The notes under the pieces: generated by a model | The model's input: only the letters and a program-made list of their open reading frames with translations | What the model was told of the DNA's origin: nothing | The model's database searches: none | Source of the DNA: Campylobacterota bacterium | GTDB taxonomy: Bacteria; Campylobacterota; Campylobacteria; Campylobacterales; Sulfurovaceae | Length of the DNA stretch: 43,101 bases | Direction of reading: 5' to 3' | Assembly (NCBI GenBank): GCA_034722955.1 | Contig: JAYEOM010000059.1 | Coordinates: 1-43,101, forward strand | In this document: positions 1-8,603 of the stretch, piece by piece | Layout: each line of letters starts with the position of its first letter | How positions within the stretch are numbered: the stretch's first letter is position 1 | Made by a program: the position numbers and the translations under genes

Positions 1-203
1 CCTCACTTCATAATGAGTTTAGTTTTTTCTATATAAATAAGTTGAGCTACATTATAATAGAAAGATGTCACATTTTATGTCATATTTTTTTAAAATCTCA
101 ACTTTCGCACCTAAAGTTTACCAAAATAACATCTAAGCACCCATAAATCACTCATTTGTTCACTCTTTGAAAATGTATACAACTATAGAGTATGATACGA
201 GAT

Positions 204-244
204 GTTGACTGTTTCATTCCGCTACGCTTCACAAAACAGTCAAC
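204..244. repeat. Hairpin/REP-like palindrome downstream of the HAD gene
   Basis: Perfect 11-bp inverted repeat gttgactgttt (204-214) / aaacagtcaac (234-244) around cattccgctacgcttcaca. Confidence 0.5.
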
Positions 245-266
245 TTTAGACCCCTAGCAATAGTGG

Positions 267-731
267 TTATTTTCGTAGTGTAGCGATAAGCCGTTTGGGT
301 TTGATAAATAGCTCTAGTGCTTCATAGATCTCTTTGCAGAGGATATCTGCACCTAGTAGAGCCTCTTTGCTGCACCCCTCATCACCAAGTATAGCGATGC
401 CTATAGATGCTGACTGGAGCATCATGGTATCGTTGTTTCCATTGCCTAGTGCTACAGACTCTTTGGCTCCTAGAGAGGTGATGAAATCGGCTTTCTCTTG
501 GGTATGGTTATCGCTTGTGAGGCATATGATCTCTGCCCCATATCCCTCAAGCTGTTGATGAACACTGCCGAAGGTGTCAGCAGTGATAACATATAGTTGA
601 TACTGCTCTCTGAGTTGATCAAAAAGAGCTTTGATCTGCGGTAGAACCATCCCATCTTTTGCGATGGTTCCATTGTAGTCGCAGACGATATGTTTTATAT
701 CTATATCTTTATGATTTGGTATCTCTATCAT
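267..731 (-). CDS. HAD-superfamily hydrolase, soluble P-type ATPase-like (COG4087 type)
   Basis: DYNGT motif I, TADTFG motif II, GNGNND motif IV; SD aggag upstream. Confidence 0.85.
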   Translation of the reverse strand: MIEIPNHKDIDIKHIVCDYNGTIAKDGMVLPQIKALFDQLREQYQLYVITADTFGSVHQQLEGYGAEIICLTSDNHTQEKADFITSLGAKESVALGNGNNDTMMLQSASIGIAILGDEGCSKEALLGADILCKEIYEALELFIKPKRLIATLRK

Positions 732-817
732 TGGACTCTCCTGTAGATTTGGATTTTAGTGTAAATTTGCTTAGAGTTATATACTATAAATTTAGAATAT
801 GATAAAATACATATTAT

Positions 818-915
818 TAATAGAGTTCTTGCAAAACTTGGAAGTGATGCTTCAGCTTCACCATATGACGAGGCTAAAGCCATCGTTTCCGATAGGTTTT
901 GCAAGATGTCTAATA
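818..915. mobile_element. ~98-bp MITE-like element with internal REP-like doublet
   Basis: Terminal inverted repeats taatagagttcttgcaaaac (818-837) / gttttgcaagatgtctaata (896-915), 17/20 match; interior is homologous to 16201-16250. Confidence 0.65.
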
Positions 916-933
916 TAGAAGGAGTTTACCTAA

Positions 934-1032
934 ATGTCTAAAACAACAATTGAAGTACATTATCATGGTAAACTTACTATTTCAAATAGTATGAGTAGTA
1001 TCATATTTAAAATCGTATTGAGAGATAAATAG
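934..1032 (+). pseudogene. C-terminal relic of a histidine kinase (32-aa ORF MSKTTIEVHYHGKLTISNSMSSIIFKIVLRDK)
   Basis: Ungapped similarity (13/31 identical by eye) to the tail of kinase 3165-4565 (MSKMIVEEHCGGVLSASNSSKGARLRIILKD); AAGGAG at 919-924; its TAG overlaps the GTG at 1032. Confidence 0.7.
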
Positions 1033-3164
1033 TGAAAAATATAGATGAGACTATAAAGTTTAGCAAAAAGTTAAAGTTACTGTATGTAGAAGATGACTCT
1101 CTAGCAAGGGAGTCTATCAAGATGGTACTAGAGGAGTTTTTTTATGATGTTGCTATTGCAACCAATGGTGAAGAGGGGCTGGTTAAGTTTCGAGAGAGTT
1201 CTGTAGATTTGATCATTACTGATATCAATATGCCCAAGCTCAATGGTTTAGAGATGATAGAGAAGATTAGAGAAGATGATAAAGATATTCCCATTATGAT
1301 ACTATCAGCATATACAGAGCTTGAATATTTTACTACGGGTATCAAGCTAGGTGTTGATGGGTATTTGCTGAAACCTTTTGACTTGGAGCAGTTTATGAGT
1401 ACTATGACCAATATTATCAGCAAAATAGAGCTTCAAGAGGTTCAAAATGAGCTGCATAGAAAACATGAATATCTTCAGGCTATTGTCAATGGTGTCAAAG
1501 ATCCTATCATGGTCATCAAGAGTGACTATACTGTTGAGATAATGAATGAGAGTCTGAGGAGACATCTCAATAGTGATACCGTTGCAGATATCGAACGCCC
1601 AAAATGTTATGAGTTGTCTCACCACCGTTCAACGCCTTGTGATGGGAGTGAACATCAATGCCCTCTCCAAGATGTACTAGAGAGTAAAAAGCCGATGACA
1701 GTTGTGCATAAACATAAAGATATAGATGATAAAGATTGTTATATTGAGCTGGCAGTAGTACCTCTCTTTGATCTGGAAGAGGAGTGTGTAGGGATTATAG
1801 AGTCATCCAGAGATATCACGGCACATCTTGAAGCTCAAGATAAACTGCGGGAACAGAGCAGGATTTTAGATCATCAAGCTAGCCATGATCACTTAACAGG
1901 CTTGCCAAACCGTATTCTATTTATGGATAGATTGACTCATGCGATAGAGAGATCTGCAAGAGACCATACAGAGTTTGCACTCTTTTTTATCGATCTGGAT
2001 CGTTTTAAGCATATAAATGACACACTAGGTCACAAGGTTGGTGATGAAGTTCTGCAGGAAGTTTCAAATCGACTAAATGGTATTATCCGTAAAGAGGACA
2101 CTTTGGCACGCTTGGGAGGGGATGAGTTTACGATTTTGATGGAGAGGCTCCGCAGTGGAGAGGATGCATCGATATTGGCACAGAAGATTCTTGATCTATT
2201 GGCAGAACCTATCTATATCTCAGATCATATCCTATATATATCTAGTAGTATCGGTATCAGTCTCTATCCTCAAGATGATAGTGATGCCAGCAATCTCTTG
2301 AAATATGCAGATACTGCAATGTATCAAGCAAAAGATGAGGGGAGAGATAATTTTCAATACTACTCTGCTGAGATGACAGCTATAGTATTTGAGCGTATGG
2401 AGATGGAGGGAAATCTGCGTCAAGCGATAAAGAGGGAGGAGTTCCTCATCTACTATCAGCCCCAATTCAATGGTAAAGATGGTAAGATCATCGGATTGGA
2501 AGCACTAGTGAGGTGGCAGAGTCCTACTATGGGGCTAGTCTCTCCTGATAGATTTATGAGTGTTGCAGAGGAGACAAGAGTTATTATTACGATTGATCAA
2601 TGGGTGATGAAGAGAGCGATGAGACAGATAGTCCAATGGTATGATGCAGGATACAGTCCAGGTGTTTTATCGTTGAATATCACGATGCAGCAGCTTTATC
2701 AACCATCATTTCCGGATATGCTCACTAAAATGATGAGAGAGACAGGCTTGAAAGCCAAGTGGCTTGAGCTTGAAATCATAGAAAATAAGATCATGACAAA
2801 TCCTGATGAAGCAGTCTTGATACTTCAGCAGATCAGTGATATGGGTATTGAGTTGGCTATTGATGATTTTGGAACTGGATACTCATCACTATCTTATCTG
2901 AAGCGTCTTCCTATCAATAAACTGAAAATAGATAAATCTTTTGTCAAAAATCTACCTAATGATGAAGATGATGCGGGGATAGTTAAAGCAATTATTGCTC
3001 TATCTGAAAGTCTAAATCTCAAGGTAATTGCAGAGGGTGTAGAGACAGAAGCACAACAGAAGTTTTTGATCGATAGTGGATGCCAAAATATGCAGGGGTA
3101 TCTCTATGGCAAGCCTATGCCCTCAGATGAGATGGAGATGATGCTAAAAGAGGGTTCAGTATAG
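1032..3164 (+). CDS. REC-PAS-GGDEF-EAL diguanylate cyclase/phosphodiesterase
   Basis: Receiver (VEDD..TDINMP..KP), PAS, RKED I-site + RLGGDEF, EALVRW, DDFGTGYSSL; GTG start. Confidence 0.95.
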   Translation: MKNIDETIKFSKKLKLLYVEDDSLARESIKMVLEEFFYDVAIATNGEEGLVKFRESSVDLIITDINMPKLNGLEMIEKIREDDKDIPIMILSAYTELEYFTTGIKLGVDGYLLKPFDLEQFMSTMTNIISKIELQEVQNELHRKHEYLQAIVNGVKDPIMVIKSDYTVEIMNESLRRHLNSDTVADIERPKCYELSHHRSTPCDGSEHQCPLQDVLESKKPMTVVHKHKDIDDKDCYIELAVVPLFDLEEECVGIIESSRDITAHLEAQDKLREQSRILDHQASHDHLTGLPNRILFMDRLTHAIERSARDHTEFALFFIDLDRFKHINDTLGHKVGDEVLQEVSNRLNGIIRKEDTLARLGGDEFTILMERLRSGEDASILAQKILDLLAEPIYISDHILYISSSIGISLYPQDDSDASNLLKYADTAMYQAKDEGRDNFQYYSAEMTAIVFERMEMEGNLRQAIKREEFLIYYQPQFNGKDGKIIGLEALVRWQSPTMGLVSPDRFMSVAEETRVIITIDQWVMKRAMRQIVQWYDAGYSPGVLSLNITMQQLYQPSFPDMLTKMMRETGLKAKWLELEIIENKIMTNPDEAVLILQQISDMGIELAIDDFGTGYSSLSYLKRLPINKLKIDKSFVKNLPNDEDDAGIVKAIIALSESLNLKVIAEGVETEAQQKFLIDSGCQNMQGYLYGKPMPSDEMEMMLKEGSV

Positions 3165-4565
3165 ATGCAGATCAGTAGTATTGCAAAAAAATTATCTATT
3201 GACTACCACACAAAACTGATAAAGATATTTATTGTATCTACTGGCATAGGGACACTCTCTGCCAATATCATAGCTCCATTGATTGTAGCATATATACTAT
3301 ACCATTTTTTGCCACATACTATGATCTATAGTTGGCTGCTTGTGCATATCATGATCTTTGTTGCCAGAATTCTTATGACCAATAGGCTGGACTACTGTTT
3401 GCAAAATGATAATATCAAAGTTGTGAAACTGCTAAAAATCATCTCTATATTAACATCTCTTACAGCTCTTGCGTATGGTTTTATTGTGTGGATCACTGTT
3501 TTGCATGCTGTGCCTGATGTCTATATACTTATGGTTGGAACTATCATAATGGCACTTGTAGCCGGATCTATCTCTACGCTAATCTCTCTGTTTCATCTAT
3601 TTGTAATCTTTGTATTTTTCACTATTGTGCCGGTAATTGCTGCTTTTATATATCATGGTGGAGATATATTTATGATTTTTGCACTGCTGCTGCTTTTTTT
3701 CTCTATTGCAATCGTAGGTGCAGGTCATAGACAGTTTTCTACATTGAGGAGTGTTATTGCTCTAGAGGAGAAGAGAGAGATCTCCCTCAAAGGGATCGAA
3801 CGATTAAATAAAAGTTTGCGATCAAGAGTCAAGCTAGAAGTTGATAAGAATAGAAAAAAGGATGAACAGATTTTTCAGCAGTCTCGTTTAGCTCAAATGG
3901 GTGAAATGATCAGTATGATCGCTCATCAGTGGAGACAGCCACTTGCCGCCATCACTGCAACAAGCTCACTGTTGGAGGTTAAAGCAGAGTTGAATCAGGT
4001 AGATAGTGCTATAGTGAAGGAGAAAGCAAAAAATATATCAGACTATGCACAGCATCTCAGCAGTACTATAGATGATTTTAGAGATTTTTTCAAGCCCAAC
4101 AAAGGGAAAAGTGTGACTAGTTACGATCAACTTGTTGACTCTGTGCTAAAAATCATGGAGAGCTCTATAGTAGATCAAAATATAGAACTTCATCTAGAGC
4201 TAAACTCTCATAAGCGTTTCAATACCTACTCAAATGAAGTTAAACAGGTTATCTTGAATTTGATCAAGAATGCAGAAGATATACTGTTGGAGAGTAGAGT
4301 AGATAGAGCATATATCAAGATATCTACTTATGAAGAGGATGACAGATATATACTAGAGGTTGATGATAATGGAGGCGGTATACCGGAGAGTATTATAGAG
4401 AATATTTTTGATCCATACTTTTCAACAAAACTGGACAAAAATGGTACGGGTATCGGATTGTATATGAGCAAGATGATAGTAGAGGAGCATTGTGGTGGAG
4501 TATTGAGTGCCAGCAACTCCTCTAAGGGAGCACGGCTTAGAATTATCCTAAAAGATTTAGAGTGA
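3165..4565 (+). CDS. Membrane sensor histidine kinase
   Basis: About 6 hydrophobic N-terminal segments, H-box IAHQWRQPL, N box NLIKNA, DNGGG and GTGIGLY boxes. Confidence 0.93.
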   Translation: MQISSIAKKLSIDYHTKLIKIFIVSTGIGTLSANIIAPLIVAYILYHFLPHTMIYSWLLVHIMIFVARILMTNRLDYCLQNDNIKVVKLLKIISILTSLTALAYGFIVWITVLHAVPDVYILMVGTIIMALVAGSISTLISLFHLFVIFVFFTIVPVIAAFIYHGGDIFMIFALLLLFFSIAIVGAGHRQFSTLRSVIALEEKREISLKGIERLNKSLRSRVKLEVDKNRKKDEQIFQQSRLAQMGEMISMIAHQWRQPLAAITATSSLLEVKAELNQVDSAIVKEKAKNISDYAQHLSSTIDDFRDFFKPNKGKSVTSYDQLVDSVLKIMESSIVDQNIELHLELNSHKRFNTYSNEVKQVILNLIKNAEDILLESRVDRAYIKISTYEEDDRYILEVDDNGGGIPESIIENIFDPYFSTKLDKNGTGIGLYMSKMIVEEHCGGVLSASNSSKGARLRIILKDLE

Positions 4566-5090
4566 TTAAAGTATTGCTCTGACCTGCTTGGGCATATAGT
4601 ATTTGAACTGTTTGGGGTATACAAAAAAGTCAATTTTGCCTATAGCCTCTTCTAGCTCACTCCAAGCATCAATATCAAAATCAATAGCCACAACACCCAA
4701 GGTAGGTATCTTTAGAATATGCTCATCTATTAATGCATTGACAAGGTCACTGATCTGAGGATTGTGACCTACGACCAAAATAGCATCAATCTCATCTCCC
4801 TGCATCATAAGTGTCTCTTTGAGTACCTTGGGTGCTGTCAGGTAGAGCTCCTGTAGATAACTCTTGGATCCTCTAAATTCAATCTTCTCTGCCAAGCCAT
4901 CTGCCGTGATCTGTGTTCTTAGAGAACAGCTTGCAAGAATGAGATCTGGTTTGATGTCGATTAGCTTGAGATAAGAGCCTATGATATTGATATCTTTATA
5001 GCCCCTGCGACTAAGTCCTCGTTCAAAATCACTAGCTCCGGACTCTTGCCAGTCTGATTTTGCATGTCTTATAAAATAGATAGTTTTGAT
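4566..5090 (-). CDS. sixA: Phosphohistidine phosphatase SixA (full frame begins at ATC)
   Basis: Frame extends 65 codons beyond the ORF-track start to IKTIYFIRHAKSDW (catalytic RH motif); also VVGHNP; in-frame TAG directly precedes the ATC. Confidence 0.85.
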   Translation of the reverse strand: MKTIYFIRHAKSDWQESGASDFERGLSRRGYKDINIIGSYLKLIDIKPDLILASCSLRTQITADGLAEKIEFRGSKSYLQELYLTAPKVLKETLMMQGDEIDAILVVGHNPQISDLVNALIDEHILKIPTLGVVAIDFDIDAWSELEEAIGKIDFFVYPKQFKYYMPKQVRAIL

Positions 5091-5109
5091 CTAAAAGCCT
5101 TTGTGTTTA

Positions 5110-5499
5110 TTAGATGCGTCCCAACTCTTGAGACATCGATTCTGATGCTTTAGTCATGATCATTTTTGCCAAGGCTATATTGCCATCATCACGAAAGATA
5201 GAGAAGACATTTATCTTTGCAAAATTATCTTTAGATAGTGTACCTGCACTGTTGATCAAAAAGACATGACCATCGATAGTCTTGGCTTCTATAGAAGCAG
5301 CTTCACTAAAGCCAACATCCAAAGATGACTCAGAGATCATACGAAAAGCATCATTGAATATACTAGCAGAGTAGGGTATATCTGTCCCTGTTTGGTCATT
5401 GTCTACATAGAGTGTCTCACCTGAGTAGTTGAGTACAGCAGAACCTAAGTATCCATTGACAGCACGAAGTCGTTTCATTGATTTATCAAAATCTATCAT
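5110..5499 (-). CDS. Roadblock/LC7 (MglB-like) domain protein
   Basis: 129 aa; L..VNGYLGSAVLNYSGETL N-terminal pattern and GNIALAK C-terminal helix typical of roadblock folds; SD aagga. Confidence 0.6.
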   Translation of the reverse strand: MIDFDKSMKRLRAVNGYLGSAVLNYSGETLYVDNDQTGTDIPYSASIFNDAFRMISESSLDVGFSEAASIEAKTIDGHVFLINSAGTLSKDNFAKINVFSIFRDDGNIALAKMIMTKASESMSQELGRI

Positions 5500-5509
5500 T
5501 GTTATATCC

Positions 5510-6037
5510 TTATTTGTTGATTTTCGTCATGAAGGCGTTGAATGTTTCAGGACTCTGACCATTTTTTGTCAAGAAATCCATCAAAGCTTTTTCGGATGCT
5601 TCGACACCACCACTCTTCTCTATATCTATTAGTTTAGCATAGAGTGTAGAGATAGTCTCTTTTGCACTATCTGTAATACACTTTCGCGTAGAGACATAGT
5701 TTCTAAATGACCCATCTGGGTTTTTTGCTACTCTGACTTGAGCAAGTACCCAGTAGTAACTGCCATCTTTGCAGAGATTTTTGACATATGCAGTCACATC
5801 TTTGCCATCTTTGATATTGTCCCAAAGATACTTGAATATCACTTTTGGCATATCAGGATGTCGAAGAATAGCATGTGGTTGATCAAGCAACTCTCCCTGT
5901 GTGTATCCTGATATCTTCATAAATATAGGGTTGGTATAGGTGATATTGCCTTCTGCATCAGCCTTTGATATGATCATATCTACGCTTGTTACCTCATTTT
6001 CGATATCTGTGGGTGCTGGTCTTTCCATTTTTGCCAC
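5510..6037 (-). CDS. Stand-alone PAS protein, Aer/CetB-like (putative FAD-binding)
   Basis: IISKAD..GNITY.N, PHAILRHPDMP, YVKNLCKDGSYYWV motifs of Aer-type PAS; GTG start with aggag SD. Confidence 0.88.
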   Translation of the reverse strand: MAKMERPAPTDIENEVTSVDMIISKADAEGNITYTNPIFMKISGYTQGELLDQPHAILRHPDMPKVIFKYLWDNIKDGKDVTAYVKNLCKDGSYYWVLAQVRVAKNPDGSFRNYVSTRKCITDSAKETISTLYAKLIDIEKSGGVEASEKALMDFLTKNGQSPETFNAFMTKINK

Positions 6038-6173
6038 TCCTAGAGCTAAATTTTTTTGATAGTATATTACAAAAAACTTAATTTTAAATCTATCAGAATT
6101 ATCCTACATTAAAAAAAGAGAAAATTGATTATAATTTCATATACATAATAAAATTATCTAAAAAGAATAAAGT

Positions 6174-8219
6174 ATGAAAACAATAGATATAGATCAACTT
6201 AAAGATCTACTAGATGAGACAACACAAAGATTGGAATCGACTGATAACAATATAGAGATCAATAGTATTGTTGAAAGTCTCATTGTTAGTGTGATGGATT
6301 CAGAGTTTGCCTCATTTTGGATTTTTGATGAGAGAACGGCGATACTATTGCGTGAGCGCAGTGATAGCAGTGTAAGAGAGATCTCTATGCTAGGGCAGCG
6401 TGGAGTATTGGCCAAGTGTTTTTTGACTATGAGTGAAGGCATATATAACTACCTTGCCAGCGAAAAAGAGTATCTCCCATCAACTGACAATCCTGATGAT
6501 ATCAGGATGAAATCCAAGATCATTGTCCCTCTGATAGATAGTGAACGGCTTATAGGTATCGCAACAGCATGTACCTCTATAGAGAGGATCAAAAAGTTTG
6601 ATCAGTGCGATATGGATCTTTTCAAAGCGATGGTGCCTTTCTTGATAAATGTTGCCTACTCTATGCATCCTAAGCTGAAAGATGATTATGAAAAAGTTTA
6701 TCTTGGAAAGCGGCTTCTTGAGGAGTCTAGCAGTGTAGTGGAGAGAGTTGAAGAGTTCCGGCAGGTTAAGAGGAGTACAGAAGATATAGATGATACACTG
6801 AGCCTGCTCTCTGCTACTGTACACGATATACGAACACCCGCCAATACACTCTATGGCTTTCTTGAGCTGCTAGAGGATCAGCTAGATAACCCACGACTCC
6901 TTCAGTATATCAATAATGCAAAAGAGAGTGCCCAGTTTATCAATGAGTTGACAACCTCTATCTTGGATAGAGTATCCAGCCAGAGAGAGCGTAAAATATC
7001 AGAGCCAGTCCAGATAAATCCTACAAAGTTTTTCGCTGATATTGCTGAGATATTTTCTGCCAATATGTCTGACAAGAAGATAGCTTTCAATATATATATA
7101 GATCCTATGATGCCCAAGGAGATCAGAGTAGAAGATACTATACTCAAAAGAGTAGTTATGAACCTTATCGGAAATGCTTATAAGTTTACACCAAGCATGA
7201 GAACTATCGATTTCAATGTCCAATATGATAGATCAAAAGAGTCTCTCTATATATCTATCGAAGATGAAGGTATCGGTATAACACAAGAGCAGCAGCAGAG
7301 TATATTTGAAGCCTTCACACAGGCTCAAGATGATACGAGTGTAAAATATGGCGGTACAGGTCTAGGTCTCTCTATCAGTTCACAATATGTCAAAGATCTA
7401 GGAGGTGAGCTAAAGCTCAAGAGTGAACTTGATGCCGGAAGTACTTTTTACTTCAATATACCTGTTGATGTGATTGACTATATAGAACTATTTCAGCCTA
7501 TAGAGAGCAGCTATCTAGAACTTGGTATTTTATTAAATAGTCAAAATATATTTAGTGCTAAAAACATCACGCGATATGTTAGAGATATGGGGATTTGCAA
7601 TGATAGGATAACTCCAGTCAAAAAGATCGCAAATTTGCCGAAAAATATCACACACCTTATCTGTTATCAATATCAACTTAATGATGATGTTATTGGGCTA
7701 ACAGAGAAGAAAAATATAGAACTTTTGGTTGTTGAGGAGAAGTTTTTATCGCTTATCCATAGTGATGCGGATGATAACTATACTGTTATTTCACAGCATG
7801 GCTATTATGCTGATAGACTCTATGATCTCATCTCAAATAGAGTACAAACAAAGATATTGATTGTCGATGATGACCCTATCAATATCCAACTGCTCAAAGC
7901 TATATTGGAGGATGAGTTTTGTCAAGTAGAGACAGCCATGGATGGAGAGGTAGCCTTAAGTAAGCTAAAGATGGCAGTAGAAGATGAAGAGCCCTATACT
8001 ATGGTCTACCTCGATAAATATATGCCAAAGATGATGGGTACAGAGGTGATCAGTACATTTCGTACCTTTGAAGAGGAGAGAGGGACAACCCCAATATTTG
8101 CTATCTCTGTATCCGGGGATACTGATGGTGGAGATCAGGAGAGACAACACTTCGATATGAATGTCGGCAAACCATTTAACAAAAAAATGATCAAAGAGAC
8201 ACTGCATAGAGTAGTTTAG
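6174..8219 (+). CDS. Cytoplasmic GAF-HisKA-HATPase-REC hybrid histidine kinase
   Basis: N-terminal GAF-like region, VHDIRTP H-box, NLIGNAYKFT, DEGIG, GGTGLGL, C-terminal receiver VDDD..LDKYMP. Confidence 0.92.
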   Translation: MKTIDIDQLKDLLDETTQRLESTDNNIEINSIVESLIVSVMDSEFASFWIFDERTAILLRERSDSSVREISMLGQRGVLAKCFLTMSEGIYNYLASEKEYLPSTDNPDDIRMKSKIIVPLIDSERLIGIATACTSIERIKKFDQCDMDLFKAMVPFLINVAYSMHPKLKDDYEKVYLGKRLLEESSSVVERVEEFRQVKRSTEDIDDTLSLLSATVHDIRTPANTLYGFLELLEDQLDNPRLLQYINNAKESAQFINELTTSILDRVSSQRERKISEPVQINPTKFFADIAEIFSANMSDKKIAFNIYIDPMMPKEIRVEDTILKRVVMNLIGNAYKFTPSMRTIDFNVQYDRSKESLYISIEDEGIGITQEQQQSIFEAFTQAQDDTSVKYGGTGLGLSISSQYVKDLGGELKLKSELDAGSTFYFNIPVDVIDYIELFQPIESSYLELGILLNSQNIFSAKNITRYVRDMGICNDRITPVKKIANLPKNITHLICYQYQLNDDVIGLTEKKNIELLVVEEKFLSLIHSDADDNYTVISQHGYYADRLYDLISNRVQTKILIVDDDPINIQLLKAILEDEFCQVETAMDGEVALSKLKMAVEDEEPYTMVYLDKYMPKMMGTEVISTFRTFEEERGTTPIFAISVSGDTDGGDQERQHFDMNVGKPFNKKMIKETLHRVV

Positions 8220-8271
8220 TAATCAATTTTGATTTTGGAGGGCTCCTTTCAGACTCACATAGGATATCAAT

Positions 8272-8495
8272 ATGACAAAAGAACACTAATGGTAAAATAA
8301 CTACAACACAATGGACTCTCTAAAAACTTTGAGTTCAATGTAGAGCTGAGAGATAGTGATGATATCAACGCCAATTTGTGGAAATTTAATAAACTATTTA
8401 GCATAGATACATTCTTTTTTGATAAAGAGTTTACCGAAGATGGTAAAGTGGAATTTGTCGTGAATGTCAAGATAGACTTTATGAGAGAAAGTTAA
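8272..8495 (+). pseudogene. Possible degraded small protein gene
   Basis: SD agga + ATG at 8272, frameshift and TAA by 8300, then a 64-codon open frame with no start of its own (LQHNGLSKNFEFNVELRD...KIDFMRES). Confidence 0.3.
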
Positions 8496-8603
8496 AAGAG
8501 CTACAGAACTTTTCTATATGATAGAGAAGGTGTTAACTAATATCTGCTATCATTGTATCTATTGTACTTGATGTTGTATTCTAAATAAATTGAGGAGAGT
8601 GAT

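Noticed and set aside
65..83. atgtca direct repeat as a Pho box
   Set aside because: Spacing is 12 bp rather than 11, and the regulated gene lies outside the window.
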